64,000 nt of DNA from Methanocaldococcus sp. 28A (GTDB lineage: Archaea > AGJL01 > Methanococci > Methanococcales > Methanocaldococcaceae), in assembly GCA_049852185.1 (NCBI GenBank), contig CP187540.1. The stretch is one strand, 5' to 3'. The notes under the pieces are model-generated. The model saw only the letters and a program-made list of their open reading frames with translations, was not told the DNA's origin and ran no database searches. Made by a program: the position numbers and the translations under genes. Positions 48,501-57,240 of the stretch are shown piece after piece. Positions within the stretch are counted from its first letter, which is position 1; each line of letters opens with the position of its first letter.

Positions 48501-48701
48501 ATGGATTTAGATATTGAAGAAAAAATTAAGGTTAAAGTTGAGGGCATCAATTTGGATGAATTTAAGGAAATTATTGAGAAAGAAGTTAGAGGGGAATTTG
48601 TTGATGAGATAAAAGCAGATTATGAAAAAGATTGGGAGATAAAAACACCAAATGGTGAGAAATACAATGTTAAAATTACCATTGAAAGGATAAACAAATA
48701 A
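45582..48701 (+). CDS. ileS: Isoleucyl-tRNA synthetase
   Basis: DGPPY...HLG, WTTTPWTL, GTGLVHTAP, KMSKS. Confidence 0.98.
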   Translation: MKRVESVNFRELDKEIKKFWEENDIYQKVKKKNEENEEFYFVDGPPYCSGAIHLGTAWNKIIKDTYLRFKRMQGYNVLDKAGWDMHGLPIEVKVENEFGIKNKKEIETKIGVEQFIEKCKEFALKHKEIMENQFKNLGVWLDWENAYMPINMEYMEIGWWTLKVAHEKGLLTRDLRVVYWCPRCETALAEHEVRGEYKEVYDPSVYVKFKLVNEENTYVVIWTTTPWTLIANLAVAVHPNYDYAYVEVELDDKKEVWIIAEKLVEEVINKAKKVNNIKNYKIIKKVKGKELEGIKYIHPLLDENEKQKEFAKLENAHTIVLGEHVTLEGGTGLVHTAPGHGEEDFEVGKKYNLPIYSPIDDEGKYIEGKWKGVFVKDADNSIIETLKDKGLLVYVGKIKHSYPHCWRCKTPLLFRATEQWFLEISKIKDNIIEHAKTVSWIPHWVETRYINGVKFVGDWNISRQRYWGIPLPVWVCEKCGKYIVVGSVEELKERMINKDEVGEIKDLHKPTVDKIKLRCECGGIMERVPDVLDVWFDSGLAPYASIGSKTLKKADFITEGHDQVTKWFYSQHALSAIVFNDIPYKKCLMHGFTLDEHGDKMSKSLGNIVNPDDVVEKYGADLLRFYLLSANKVWEDLRFVWSEIDDVLSLFNTLWNAYMFAVNYMVLDNFKPDEKYFEYLKDEDRWILSRVNTVAKIAIENLDIPYFHTYTWTLKDFILNDLSRWYIRLIRDRTWKEKDDADKLAAYQTLYYVLLKLAIIMAPVSPHVAEAIYQNLKTENMEESIFMNKIEVDEKFIDEELERDMAIVRDIVDAIYRGRDKIKYTLRYPLKEITIAGGEEVKKAVERFEYIIKEQGNVKNIKFGEVEGSKYVIKPNYRELGKRYRSEVPKVVEALNKADAKELMEKLKDGAIILDGYEIKPEYVEIRLEIPEHIAGVEFSKGTVFINTEITDDLIREGLMREVIRRIQAMRKDMDLDIEEKIKVKVEGINLDEFKEIIEKEVRGEFVDEIKADYEKDWEIKTPNGEKYNVKITIERINK

Positions 48702-48857
48702 TAAAATTCTTTTAATAAAATTCTTTAGATTTATTTTTAAATTAAGATTAATTTTCTTATTTATAGCTTTTTTATAGTTATATGAAAGATTTAAACGCTT
48801 TCTAAGGAAGACATTCTTTGATACCTAATTTTTTAAAAATATTTTTTGCGTGATAAT

Positions 48858-49967
48858 ATGATTCTAAAAGAGGGAGAAATAGTTTTTGAAGTTCCAGATA
48901 AATTAACAGTTACAAAAAAGGATGAGGTCTTTTACAACCCAAGAATGAAAACAGGGAGAGATATAAGTGTATTGATAGTCCAAGCATTTCTAAATCTTTA
49001 TCATAAAGTTGATAAATGCTATATATGTGATGCTTTAGCTGGGAGTGGAATTAGAGGGCTTAGATATGCAAAAGAACTAAAGTTTGATAATTTAAAAGTT
49101 TTCCTAAATGATATAAATCCAAAAGCTTATGAAAAAATATTGAATAATGCCCAATTAAATGATATTAAAAATATAGACGTTTTTAATGAAGATGCCAACA
49201 CATTTTTATCAAGACACTTTAGATTTTTCAATGTTGTTGATATAGACCCATTTGGTTCTCCAGCTCCATATATTGACCAAGCAATTAGGGCTTTAGTAAC
49301 AAGAAATGGTTTGCTCTGTTTAACAGCAACAGATACAGCTGCTTTATGTGGAAGGGCTAAAAAATCTTGCTTAAGGAAATATTTAGCTTATCCATTATTT
49401 GGTAGGGACTGTCATGAGTTTGCATTGAGAGTTTTAGTTGGATATGTTATGAGAATGGCTACAAAATATGAAATTGCTTTAAAACCAATATTTTGCCACG
49501 CAACCGACCATTATGTTAGAGTTTATTTAGTTACAGATAGAGGAGCTAAAAGAGCTGATAAAATATTTGAAATGCTTGGTTATGTTAAGGATGTTAATGG
49601 AGTTAAAATAATTAAAAAATTTGAAGAAGGTTATGAGAAAGGTTTCTCTGGGCCGTTGTATATTGGCAATTTATATGATAAAGCTCTTGTTGAAGAGGCT
49701 TTAAAAATAGCTGAAGAGAGAAGATATAGTGAAAGAGTATTAAAGATTTTAAATGCAATTAAGGGAGAGGCTAATATAAATCAAGTTGGATGCTATGACA
49801 CCCACCAAATAGGAAAAATGCTAAAGATTTCAGTACCACCAATACAGGATATAATAAATCAATTAAAAGAAATGGGCTTTGAAGCTACAGTAACCCATTA
49901 TAATCCAAAAGGGATAAAAACTAATACAACATTAAAAAATGTTATCGAAGCAATGTATAAAGTGTAG
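48858..49967 (+). CDS. trm1: tRNA (guanine-26-N2)-dimethyltransferase
   Basis: VFYNPRM, DALAGSGIRGLRY, DIDPFGSP, LTATDTA. Confidence 0.95.
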   Translation: MILKEGEIVFEVPDKLTVTKKDEVFYNPRMKTGRDISVLIVQAFLNLYHKVDKCYICDALAGSGIRGLRYAKELKFDNLKVFLNDINPKAYEKILNNAQLNDIKNIDVFNEDANTFLSRHFRFFNVVDIDPFGSPAPYIDQAIRALVTRNGLLCLTATDTAALCGRAKKSCLRKYLAYPLFGRDCHEFALRVLVGYVMRMATKYEIALKPIFCHATDHYVRVYLVTDRGAKRADKIFEMLGYVKDVNGVKIIKKFEEGYEKGFSGPLYIGNLYDKALVEEALKIAEERRYSERVLKILNAIKGEANINQVGCYDTHQIGKMLKISVPPIQDIINQLKEMGFEATVTHYNPKGIKTNTTLKNVIEAMYKV

Positions 49968-50673
49968 TATCCTGAAATTATTTCGCAATTATAATTCATG
50001 AAATTACCTCCATATTATTAACTATATTTCCGAAATAAACTTCATAAGGAGTTTTAAAATCGATTACGTAGTAAGCGAGCAATGAAAACCTTAGGTTTTC
50101 GTCTAATCTAAAGAACGATGTGGTTTTATTTTATTATTTCAATTGGAGCGTAGTGAAGAGCTATGAAATAACATTAGTGATTTCATTCAATCTACGAACT
50201 CTTCTAAAATATCAAATCTATTTAGTCAATATTCAACCTCTCTATTTATCCGTTCAACTTTTTCCTATTTAGATTGTATTTTACCATATTGTTTCAGTAT
50301 ATTATATATACGATATATGTGGAATATGTATATTATACCTACGTTCAATAAAATGCTCCAAATGAACAGGGCTTGTTCCTTTATATTCTTTGACTGCTTT
50401 AAGGACAATATCTATCTCTTCCTGAGTAATTTCTCTCGGCTTTCGACCTCTACGCTTTATATTTGGGATTTCTCCTGTCTCTCGATATTCTTTCCATATC
50501 TGCTGAACTCTATGAGTGGATATTTCCAAATTTTTAGTAATATCTTTCGTTCTAAATCCCTTCTCCTTCCATCTAATAATTTTCTTAATCTTTTTATCGT
50601 CAAGTTTTACTCCTCTCATATTATTTATGTTATCTTTTTTATTATTTATAGATGCGAAATATTTTTGGGATAC
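49966..50673 (-). mobile_element. Degenerate, internally deleted IS481-like element
   Basis: Inverted ends gtatcctgaaattatttcgca (49967) and tgcgaaatatttttgggatac (to 50673); HTH fragment ORF 50302-50682; out-of-frame KVERINREVE integrase remnant near 50230-50265. Confidence 0.7.
50067..50199. repeat. Two degenerate ~50-bp hairpin-containing direct repeats
   Basis: cgtag...gagc(a/t)atgaaa-hairpin-tttc...aatcta..gaac at 50067-50116 and 50149-50199. Confidence 0.55.
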
Positions 50674-50773
50674 CATAGTCATAGGGTATATAATTTTTTA
50701 TACTCGAGATTTAAGAACCCTAAGTTTGATTCTTGAGTAAATAAGTTTTTTATATTTATATTCATCATATAGA

Positions 50774-51468
50774 GAGGTCGTCAAGATAAGGATTAAATAA
50801 ATATGTGTAAATAAAGGAAGATATGAAACTTACGATAGAAACGTTAAAAGAAAGGATTAAGAAGATAGTTAAGAGGAATAAGAAGTCGATAGAGATTAAA
50901 ATCTTAGCAGGAATTTTGTATTATCTGGGATTATCGTTAAGAAAGGTTAGTTTGTTTCTTTCACAGTTTGAGAGCATAAGCCATGAATCGGTTAGAATAT
51001 ATTACCACAAGATTAAAGATATTTTAAACGAGCCTGAAAGAAAGACAAGAAACCTAATTGCAATCGATGAAACTAAACTAAAGCTTGGAAATGAAACTAT
51101 TTATGTATGGTCTGCTATCGATGTGGAGTCTAAAGAATGTTTGGGTATCTATGTCTTTAAAACAAGATGTTATCTCGATACTATGTTATTCGTAAGAAGG
51201 ATATTAAAATTTTGCTCGAATAAACCAAAAATTTTGGTTGATGGTGGTAAATGGTATCCGTGGGCTCTACAGAGATTAGGACTAAAATTCGAAAGAGTTC
51301 GATTCGGTTTAAGAAATTGTGTCGAAAGTTTCTTCTCTCTACTCAAACGAAGAACCAAATCTTTCTATAACCGATTCCCTAATAACTCTAAATTCTCATC
51401 TGTCATTAGTTGGCTTGAATCTTTCTCCTCTTTCTATAACTTCTTCCTTTACTTATCTTGACATCGTC
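50774..51468 (+). mobile_element. IS6-family element, intact, 695 bp
   Basis: TIRs gaggtcgtcaagataag / cttatcttgacatcgtc; 9-bp direct repeat tcatataga (50765-50773, 51469-51477). Confidence 0.95.
50823..51461 (+). CDS. IS6-family DDE transposase
   Basis: Differs by 2 aa from the 10930-11568 copy. Confidence 0.93.
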   Translation: MKLTIETLKERIKKIVKRNKKSIEIKILAGILYYLGLSLRKVSLFLSQFESISHESVRIYYHKIKDILNEPERKTRNLIAIDETKLKLGNETIYVWSAIDVESKECLGIYVFKTRCYLDTMLFVRRILKFCSNKPKILVDGGKWYPWALQRLGLKFERVRFGLRNCVESFFSLLKRRTKSFYNRFPNNSKFSSVISWLESFSSFYNFFLYLS

Positions 51469-51753
51469 TCATATAGAAGTAATTTAGTTTTTATAACTCG
51501 AATAGTATTATAAACTATGACTTTACAGTATATTTAATATTGCGTTGTAATTTTTACATGACTATGTATATTAGCCTCGATTTTGACTCTAAATCGATAA
51601 ATACTCTTAAATTTTCTTGGATAATTTTTCTGCAATTTTACCCATATTTTTCCAATTAGGAATAGATAAAAATGTAAAATAAAAATGTAAATGAGAAATA
51701 AAGAATTAGAAATATTGGCAAGATTATAAATAGTTTATAAGAATCATCTCATC

Positions 51754-51871
51754 ATTATAGTTTTGTGCAAAACTATATTAAATAAAATAAGGTAGTAATG
51801 AATGCCTTCCTTAAAGAAGGCATTCAAAATTTCCTTTTTAAAGTTTATTTCATTTTGCACACAACTATAAT
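51754..51871. repeat. MITE-like family B copy, full length
   Basis: attatagttttgtgcaaaa ... ttttgcacacaactataat; central tgaatgccttc...gaaggcattca hairpin. Confidence 0.85.
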
Positions 51872-51945
51872 TTTATTAGGTAGTATATTTATAGCAATTA
51901 AAAGGAAATTAAAAAGAAAATAAAATTAAAATAAAAAGGGAAAAT

Positions 51946-52557
51946 ATGTTCAGTATAAAAAAGATAACGACAATATCTGACTATGTAACAATGCTAAATA
52001 TTATAACTGGGCTTTTAGCTATATTATTAAATAACTTTTCATTAATCTACCTTTCAATAATCTTTGATTCCTTAGATGGTTTTGTTGCGAGGAAAACAAA
52101 TACCGTTTCTGACTTTGGGGCAGAGCTTGATAGTATTTCAGACATTGTTAGCTTTGGTGTAGCTCCTGCTTATCTATTATACCATAACTTTGAATCAACC
52201 TTATCTTTAATATCTGCAATAATATTTTGCCTCTGTGGAGCTTTAAGATTGGCAAGATTTGGAATTTTAAACGTTAAAGGTTTTATTGGATTACCTATTC
52301 CAGCAGGAGCTTTATTACTTGTTGGATTCTGTCAATTAATTAACAATTATTTAATAAATTCAATATTGGCGATATTAATAGGGCTTTTAATGATTAGTGA
52401 TATAAGATATCCGAAATATCCTAAGAAAGCATTTATTTGTTTATTTGCTATCTCTTTAATATTAGCTATAATTGGCATTCCACATTTTGCTTTATTGTTA
52501 TGCTTAATCTATACAATATATGGAATAATCAAATATATGGGAGGGGATAACAATTAA
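51946..52557 (+). CDS. pssA: Archaetidylserine synthase (CDP-alcohol phosphatidyltransferase)
   Basis: DSLDGFVARK...FGAELDSISDIVSFGVAP, GALRLARF, FIGLPIP. Confidence 0.93.
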   Translation: MFSIKKITTISDYVTMLNIITGLLAILLNNFSLIYLSIIFDSLDGFVARKTNTVSDFGAELDSISDIVSFGVAPAYLLYHNFESTLSLISAIIFCLCGALRLARFGILNVKGFIGLPIPAGALLLVGFCQLINNYLINSILAILIGLLMISDIRYPKYPKKAFICLFAISLILAIIGIPHFALLLCLIYTIYGIIKYMGGDNN

Positions 52558-52681
52558 AAAAGAAATCCTTAAAACCAGAAAATATTTAAAAAAAATAAAT
52601 ATGTAACAAATACGTTAGAAAATAAAGGAGTTGAAATTATAGATGTTTTATTAAAGAGGCTTTAGAAATAAATATTCTTAT

Positions 52682-52935
52682 GGGGTGTGTCTAAAATCGA
52701 GTAATGTTTATATATTAACGTAACAACAAAATAAAAAAACATAGTAGCGAGAGGTTGGGACTCTAAGATAATAAGATAATATGATATAAATGAGATATTA
52801 GAAGTTTTTAATGACGGATAGGGGATATTGAATTACCTAAGGAATTAAAGCCAAAAAAATATACTATCGAACTATTTTAAAATTTCTGTTGTTAAGGAGT
52901 TTTTAAGGGTATCGTTAAGAGCTATGGAAAACTTG
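52682..52935 (+). pseudogene. Possible IS5-like transposase 5' relic
   Basis: ggggtgtgtctaaaa end-like motif; broken frames ELPKELKPKKYT / VVKEFLRVSLRAMENL. Confidence 0.3.
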
Positions 52936-52954
52936 ACAGCGATACACATCCTGT

Positions 52955-52970
52955 GGATAAAATATATATA
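52955..52970 (+). promoter_or_regulatory. Putative BRE/TATA of the ncRNA
   Basis: ggataaaa-tatatata about 25 bp upstream of the GC-rich segment. Confidence 0.55.
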
Positions 52971-52994
52971 CCACATTTATATAGATTGATATAT

Positions 52995-53118
52995 GTCCCG
53001 GGTGGCGACCTTCCGCAGGGGATGAAACCACCTCGGCATTCTACCCACAAGGCGGCCGTGCCGAGTAGCCGTTATGGCTTCAATGAAGGTCACGGTTTTC
53101 CAAGGGTAGATACACTTT
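52995..53118 (+). ncRNA. GC-rich structured RNA; probable box H/ACA guide RNA with two K-turns
   Basis: GC island between TATA and T7 run; tctaccc/gggtaga lower stem, internal pocket, ccgtg/cacgg upper stem, GA...aatGA K-turn, ACA at 53112-53114. Confidence 0.8.
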
Positions 53119-53347
53119 TTTTAAACTTTAATTCTATATTGATAGTTCATACTTTTTTATCACATATACATTTATTAATTTAAATTAATAAACTAATGAA
53201 TTGCACACTATTTTGTAAAAAATCAAAAATTAATTATATAAAATTGTTTGTCCAATAGTAATTATAAATGACCTTATTGTATAAATATATACACCAAATT
53301 TTTCTTATAAGAAAAATTTTCTTTTAGGATGATAGCATGGAGATTAT

Positions 53348-53889
53348 GAGAATGTCAAGATAAGGATTAAATAGATATGTACGAATAAAGAAAAATATGG
53401 AGCTTACGATAGGAATGTTAAAGGAAAGGATTAAGAAGGTAGTTAAAAGGAATAAAAAGTCGATAGAGATTAAAATTTTGGCAGAATTTTGTATTATTTA
53501 GGATTATCGTTAAGAAAGGTAAGTTTGTTTCTTTCTCAATTCGAGAGTATAAGCCACGAATCGGTTAGACAATATTACCACAAGATTATGCTATCTCGAT
53601 ACTATCTTATTCGTAAAAAATATATTAAAATTTTGCTCGAATAAACCAAAAATTTTGGTTGATGGTGGTAAATGGTATCCGTGGACACTACAGAGATTAG
53701 GACTAAAATTCGAAAGAGTTCGATTCGGTTTAAGAAATTGTGTCGAAAATTTCTTCTCCCTACTCAAACGTAGAACTAAATCTTTCTATAACTGATTCCC
53801 TAATAATTCTAAATTCTCAACCGCCATTAGCTGGCTCAAATCTTTCTCCTCTCTATATAACTTATTCCTTATCTTATCTTGACAACCTC
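53348..53889 (+). mobile_element. Degenerate IS6 element (internal deletion, frameshift, stop)
   Basis: Both TIRs present (gagaatgtcaagataag / cttatcttgacaacctc); about 150 bp shorter than the intact copies. Confidence 0.9.
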
Positions 53890-54448
53890 GGCATTATTGA
53901 ATAAAGATGTAAAATTAGATGACTGCCCATTTTTGCTTAGAGAGAAATATAAGGAAAATTATGAAAAATTAAAAGAGATTTTAAAGATTAAAGGAGAAAT
54001 TAAAAAAGAAGAAAAATATGTTGGAGTTATTGATGGATATGAGGCAGATTTTTTACTAAAACCATTACCAAATGAAAGTTCTTGTAGAGAGACATTATTA
54101 ATTATGGATAAGAAGGAGCTTAAAGTTGGAGATTATATAAGATACAGACCTTTGGGCTGTCCAATTCCACACTTTGCTAAAATTATAGATGAATATCATG
54201 GGTTATATACAATCCACGTAGTAGGACCGTGCCATAGAATAAATGAGAAAAAGATAGAGTATAAAGATGTTGGTATAGCCATAGTTGTTGCATTTGAGGG
54301 AATTGTAGAGGGTAAAGTTCCAGAGGTTGGAAAGGCAGTTAAATTCATCCCAAAACATTGCATGATGCAGAAGGTTCATTTTAGAGTAGTAGTTCAAGTT
54401 GAAGGAAAAAGAGTTTATATTGAAGGAATTGATTTAAAGGTATTCTAA
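53890..54448 (+). pseudogene. 5'-truncated Fe-S-binding-type conserved methanogen protein (MJ0119-like)
   Basis: Frame ALLNKDVKLDDCPF...SCRE...RPLGCPIPH...HCMMQKVH begins directly at the IS end; ORF-track start lies in the TIR. Confidence 0.65.
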
Positions 54449-54456
54449 GTTTTTAT

Positions 54457-54939
54457 TTATTTTATCATCTTCACAGAATCTTTTAATCTTGCTGATGCAT
54501 CTACCATACCAATTAATCTTGGGTCTATACCGCTAACATCCCCATACTTTATATAATCAGTTACAGTTGGTTTTATTTTGGTGAATGCTCCTACATAAAT
54601 ATCATATCCAAATGGAAAGTTTTTCTTACAGATTTCTTCTATTCCATCCATTATTTTTTCGAGTTTTTCTCCTTCAACTGTTACAATTATTTCCCCAACT
54701 TTGACTCTCAATTCCATTTCTTCGCCTTTAACCTTAATAACTTTTCTATCTTGATGATTTACTGGCAGTCCTCTTGCAGGACCAAATGGAACCGTCTTAG
54801 GTAAATGTTGTCCATGAACTATTACCCTAACAATCCCATCCAAATCGTAAATCTCATTTAACACTTTTTCTGTAGTCTCTGCTTTCAAATACCTGTGTGG
54901 AAATATTTTTATATCAACAACCTTTATTTCTTCACTCAT
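54457..54939 (-). CDS. mrtD: Stand-alone McrD paralogue (MrtD, MJ0118-like)
   Basis: [38 protein letters not shown]; similar to mcrD in this window. Confidence 0.88.
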   Translation of the reverse strand: MSEEIKVVDIKIFPHRYLKAETTEKVLNEIYDLDGIVRVIVHGQHLPKTVPFGPARGLPVNHQDRKVIKVKGEEMELRVKVGEIIVTVEGEKLEKIMDGIEEICKKNFPFGYDIYVGAFTKIKPTVTDYIKYGDVSGIDPRLIGMVDASARLKDSVKMIK

Positions 54940-55191
54940 AAACTTCACCTCGTTTTTCATAATTCTACTATTTCTCTTAACCTTTATAATACTTTCGATA
55001 AATTTAATATTACTCTAAGAAAATTAAAATTTTAAATTTTATTATCTAAATTAATAAATATATAACTATGTAGATAAGAAAAGCTTGGGAATAAACCTAA
55101 GTAATATATATCTCTTTCAATCTTTTTATATTACTACATTATAATTAATTTTAAAAAATAAAGCAAAAATTTATTTTATGAGGTGTCTATT

Positions 55192-55983
55192 ATGAGAAGA
55201 GAATTTCCTGAAGAGGGAGATATAGTTATAGGAACAGTAAAGGATGTTAAGCCTTATGGAGCATTTGTAGAGCTTTTAGAATATCCTGGAAAGGAAGGGA
55301 TGATTCATATCTCTGAGGTTACATCAGGATGGGTTAAAAATATTAGAGACCACGTTAAAGTTGGGCAGAGAGTTGTTGCAAAAGTTTTAAGAGTAGATGA
55401 AAAGAAGGGGCATATAGATTTGTCCTTAAAGAGAGTTACTGAGCAACAGAAAAGAGCAAAAGTTCAAGAATGGAAGAGATTCCAAAGAGCTTCAAAGATG
55501 CTCGAAAGAGCTGCTGAAAAATTAGGTAAAAGTTTGGAAGAAGCTTGGGAAGAAGTTGGATATTTATTAGAGGATGAGTTTGGAGCGTTATATAATGCCT
55601 TTGAAACCTTAGTTATAGAAGGAAAAGAAGTTTTAGATGATTTAGAGATTAGCGAAGAATGGAAAGATGTTTTATATGAAGTAGCTAAAGAAAGTATAGA
55701 ATTAACAAATGTTGAAGTTGAGGGAATAATTGAGATGAAATCCTATGCACCAGATGGAATTAAACAAATAAAGAAAGCATTAACTACTGCTTTAAAAGCA
55801 AACCCTTATGATGATGTTGAAGTTAAAATAACTTATATTGGTGCTCCAAAGTATAGAGTGGAAGTTATAGCACCTGATTATAAGAGTGGAGAAGAAGTAT
55901 TTAAAAAGGTATGTGAAAAAGCTGTACAGACAATTAAAAAACTTGGTGGAGAAGGAACTTACTATAGAGAGAGTAAGAAATAA
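55192..55983 (+). CDS. eif2a: Translation initiation factor 2 alpha
   Basis: S1 domain YGAFVELLEY...KGHIDLSLKRV, YIGAPKYR. Confidence 0.97.
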   Translation: MRREFPEEGDIVIGTVKDVKPYGAFVELLEYPGKEGMIHISEVTSGWVKNIRDHVKVGQRVVAKVLRVDEKKGHIDLSLKRVTEQQKRAKVQEWKRFQRASKMLERAAEKLGKSLEEAWEEVGYLLEDEFGALYNAFETLVIEGKEVLDDLEISEEWKDVLYEVAKESIELTNVEVEGIIEMKSYAPDGIKQIKKALTTALKANPYDDVEVKITYIGAPKYRVEVIAPDYKSGEEVFKKVCEKAVQTIKKLGGEGTYYRESKK

Positions 55984-55990
55984 AAAATAA

Positions 55991-56170
55991 GTGGTAAAGA
56001 TGAAAATGAAAAAATGTCCAAATTGTGGAACATATACTTTAAAAGAAATCTGTCCAAAATGTGGAGAAAAAACAGTAATTCCAAAACCACCAAAGTTTTC
56101 CATAGAAGATAGATGGGGAAAATATAGGAGAATGTTAAAGAGAGCTTTAAAGAATAAAAATAAAATGTAA
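55991..56170 (+). CDS. nop10: Nop10 H/ACA RNP protein (59 aa, absent from the ORF track)
   Basis: Manual translation MVKMKMKKCPNCGTYTLKEICPKCGEKTVIPKPPKFSIEDRWGKYRR...; conserved position after eIF2-alpha. Confidence 0.93.
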   Translation: MVKMKMKKCPNCGTYTLKEICPKCGEKTVIPKPPKFSIEDRWGKYRRMLKRALKNKNKM

Positions 56171-56224
56171 TATATTTTTATTTCTTTTTTATTTTTGTAT
56201 TGTTTTACTGAATAATTAGTTCTG

Positions 56225-57211
56225 GTGATTTTTATGTTCTGTTATTATTTAATAGCTGTTTCAAATAGGGAAAATCTGGAAATATGCAAAAAAGAGTTAA
56301 TAGCTGGATTTCCAAGTAGTAAAAATGGTTTTTGGACATATTTGGAAATAAAAGAGGGGGATTATATTTCTTTTTTATATGGTGCAAAAATATATAACCT
56401 TTATAGAGTTTCTAAGAAGATTGTTAATGGAAATATAGAAGATTCAAAAGAGCCATGGGGAACGATAGTTTTTCAATCTGGAAAAGAATATACTTTTCCA
56501 TTTAGGTTGCTATTGGAACAAATTAGAGAATTTGAAGAATCATTAGTAAAACCAGAGTTCGTTTATATTGCCGAAAACCTATTACTTAGAGGTGGTTATA
56601 GAAAAACTCATTTTCAAGCAGATGAAACTACATTAAATGTTGTTTCCAAACTTGGAAAAATGGTTAATAATAAAAGATTTAATCATAAGTGGCTTAAGCA
56701 AAGTATAACTCCAAAAATAACATTTAATAAAAAGAATGTTAATCCACCATTTGTATATCTATTTGAAGAATTAATATTGCATGTTTTAGTTAAACAATAT
56801 ATGGGGGGCAATTTAAATGGAATTTTTAATGAAATTTTAAACAGTTTCAATATAAACGAAAATTATCATGATTTTGAGGTTTTGAGTGAAAAGGCTTTAC
56901 CTTCGGGACATGTTGATTTATTAATAAAAAAGAAACATCCAGTAGAAAGAGATTATAAGATTGTAGTCGAAGTTAAGAAAAATAAAGCTGGCAAAAAAGA
57001 AGTTGAGCAATTGATAAAATATATGGGGGAATTAGAGGATTGTGTTGGAGGTATTTTAATAGCTAAAGATTTTGCTAGGACATGTTTTAAACATGTAAAA
57101 GACAAAAAAGTTTTATTTATAAAATATCATCTTAAAAACTTAGATGATTCAAGAGACTATACTTTTTTAGATTTATTGAACATGTTAAGTTTGAATATCA
57201 TTTGTCATTAA
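56225..57211 (+). CDS. EVE/PUA-like domain fused to NucS-like PD-(D/E)xK endonuclease
   Basis: N-terminal NRENLEIC...IKEGDYISFLY; C-terminal GHVDLL...VVEVKK...VEQLIKYM...GILIA. Confidence 0.7.
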   Translation: MIFMFCYYLIAVSNRENLEICKKELIAGFPSSKNGFWTYLEIKEGDYISFLYGAKIYNLYRVSKKIVNGNIEDSKEPWGTIVFQSGKEYTFPFRLLLEQIREFEESLVKPEFVYIAENLLLRGGYRKTHFQADETTLNVVSKLGKMVNNKRFNHKWLKQSITPKITFNKKNVNPPFVYLFEELILHVLVKQYMGGNLNGIFNEILNSFNINENYHDFEVLSEKALPSGHVDLLIKKKHPVERDYKIVVEVKKNKAGKKEVEQLIKYMGELEDCVGGILIAKDFARTCFKHVKDKKVLFIKYHLKNLDDSRDYTFLDLLNMLSLNIICH

Positions 57212-57240
57212 AAAATAATTTAAATTAAAGATGGGATAAT

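Larger units (their letters stand above)
50674..51566. repeat. MITE-like family C copy interrupted by IS6
   Basis: Perfect 9-bp TIR catagtcat/atgactatg; joined halves match 16004-16200 inverted. Confidence 0.75.

Noticed and set aside
50317-50740. Plus-strand ORFs of 139 and 74 aa
   Set aside because: Antisense to the IS481 transposase fragment
52545-52670. Possible decayed small gene after pssA
   Set aside because: RBS-like GGAGGGGA is present, but there is no start codon or recognisable continuous frame
53030-53112. HDV-like ribozyme or TnpB omega-RNA reading of the GC-rich RNA
   Set aside because: P1/P2-like crossing pairs exist, but there is no HDV P1.1/catalytic core and no tnpB nearby; K-turns plus ACA spacing fit H/ACA better
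52953-53183. 76-aa ORF over the GC-rich segment
   Set aside because: Starts within the promoter-like region, has atypical composition, and is better explained by the structured RNA
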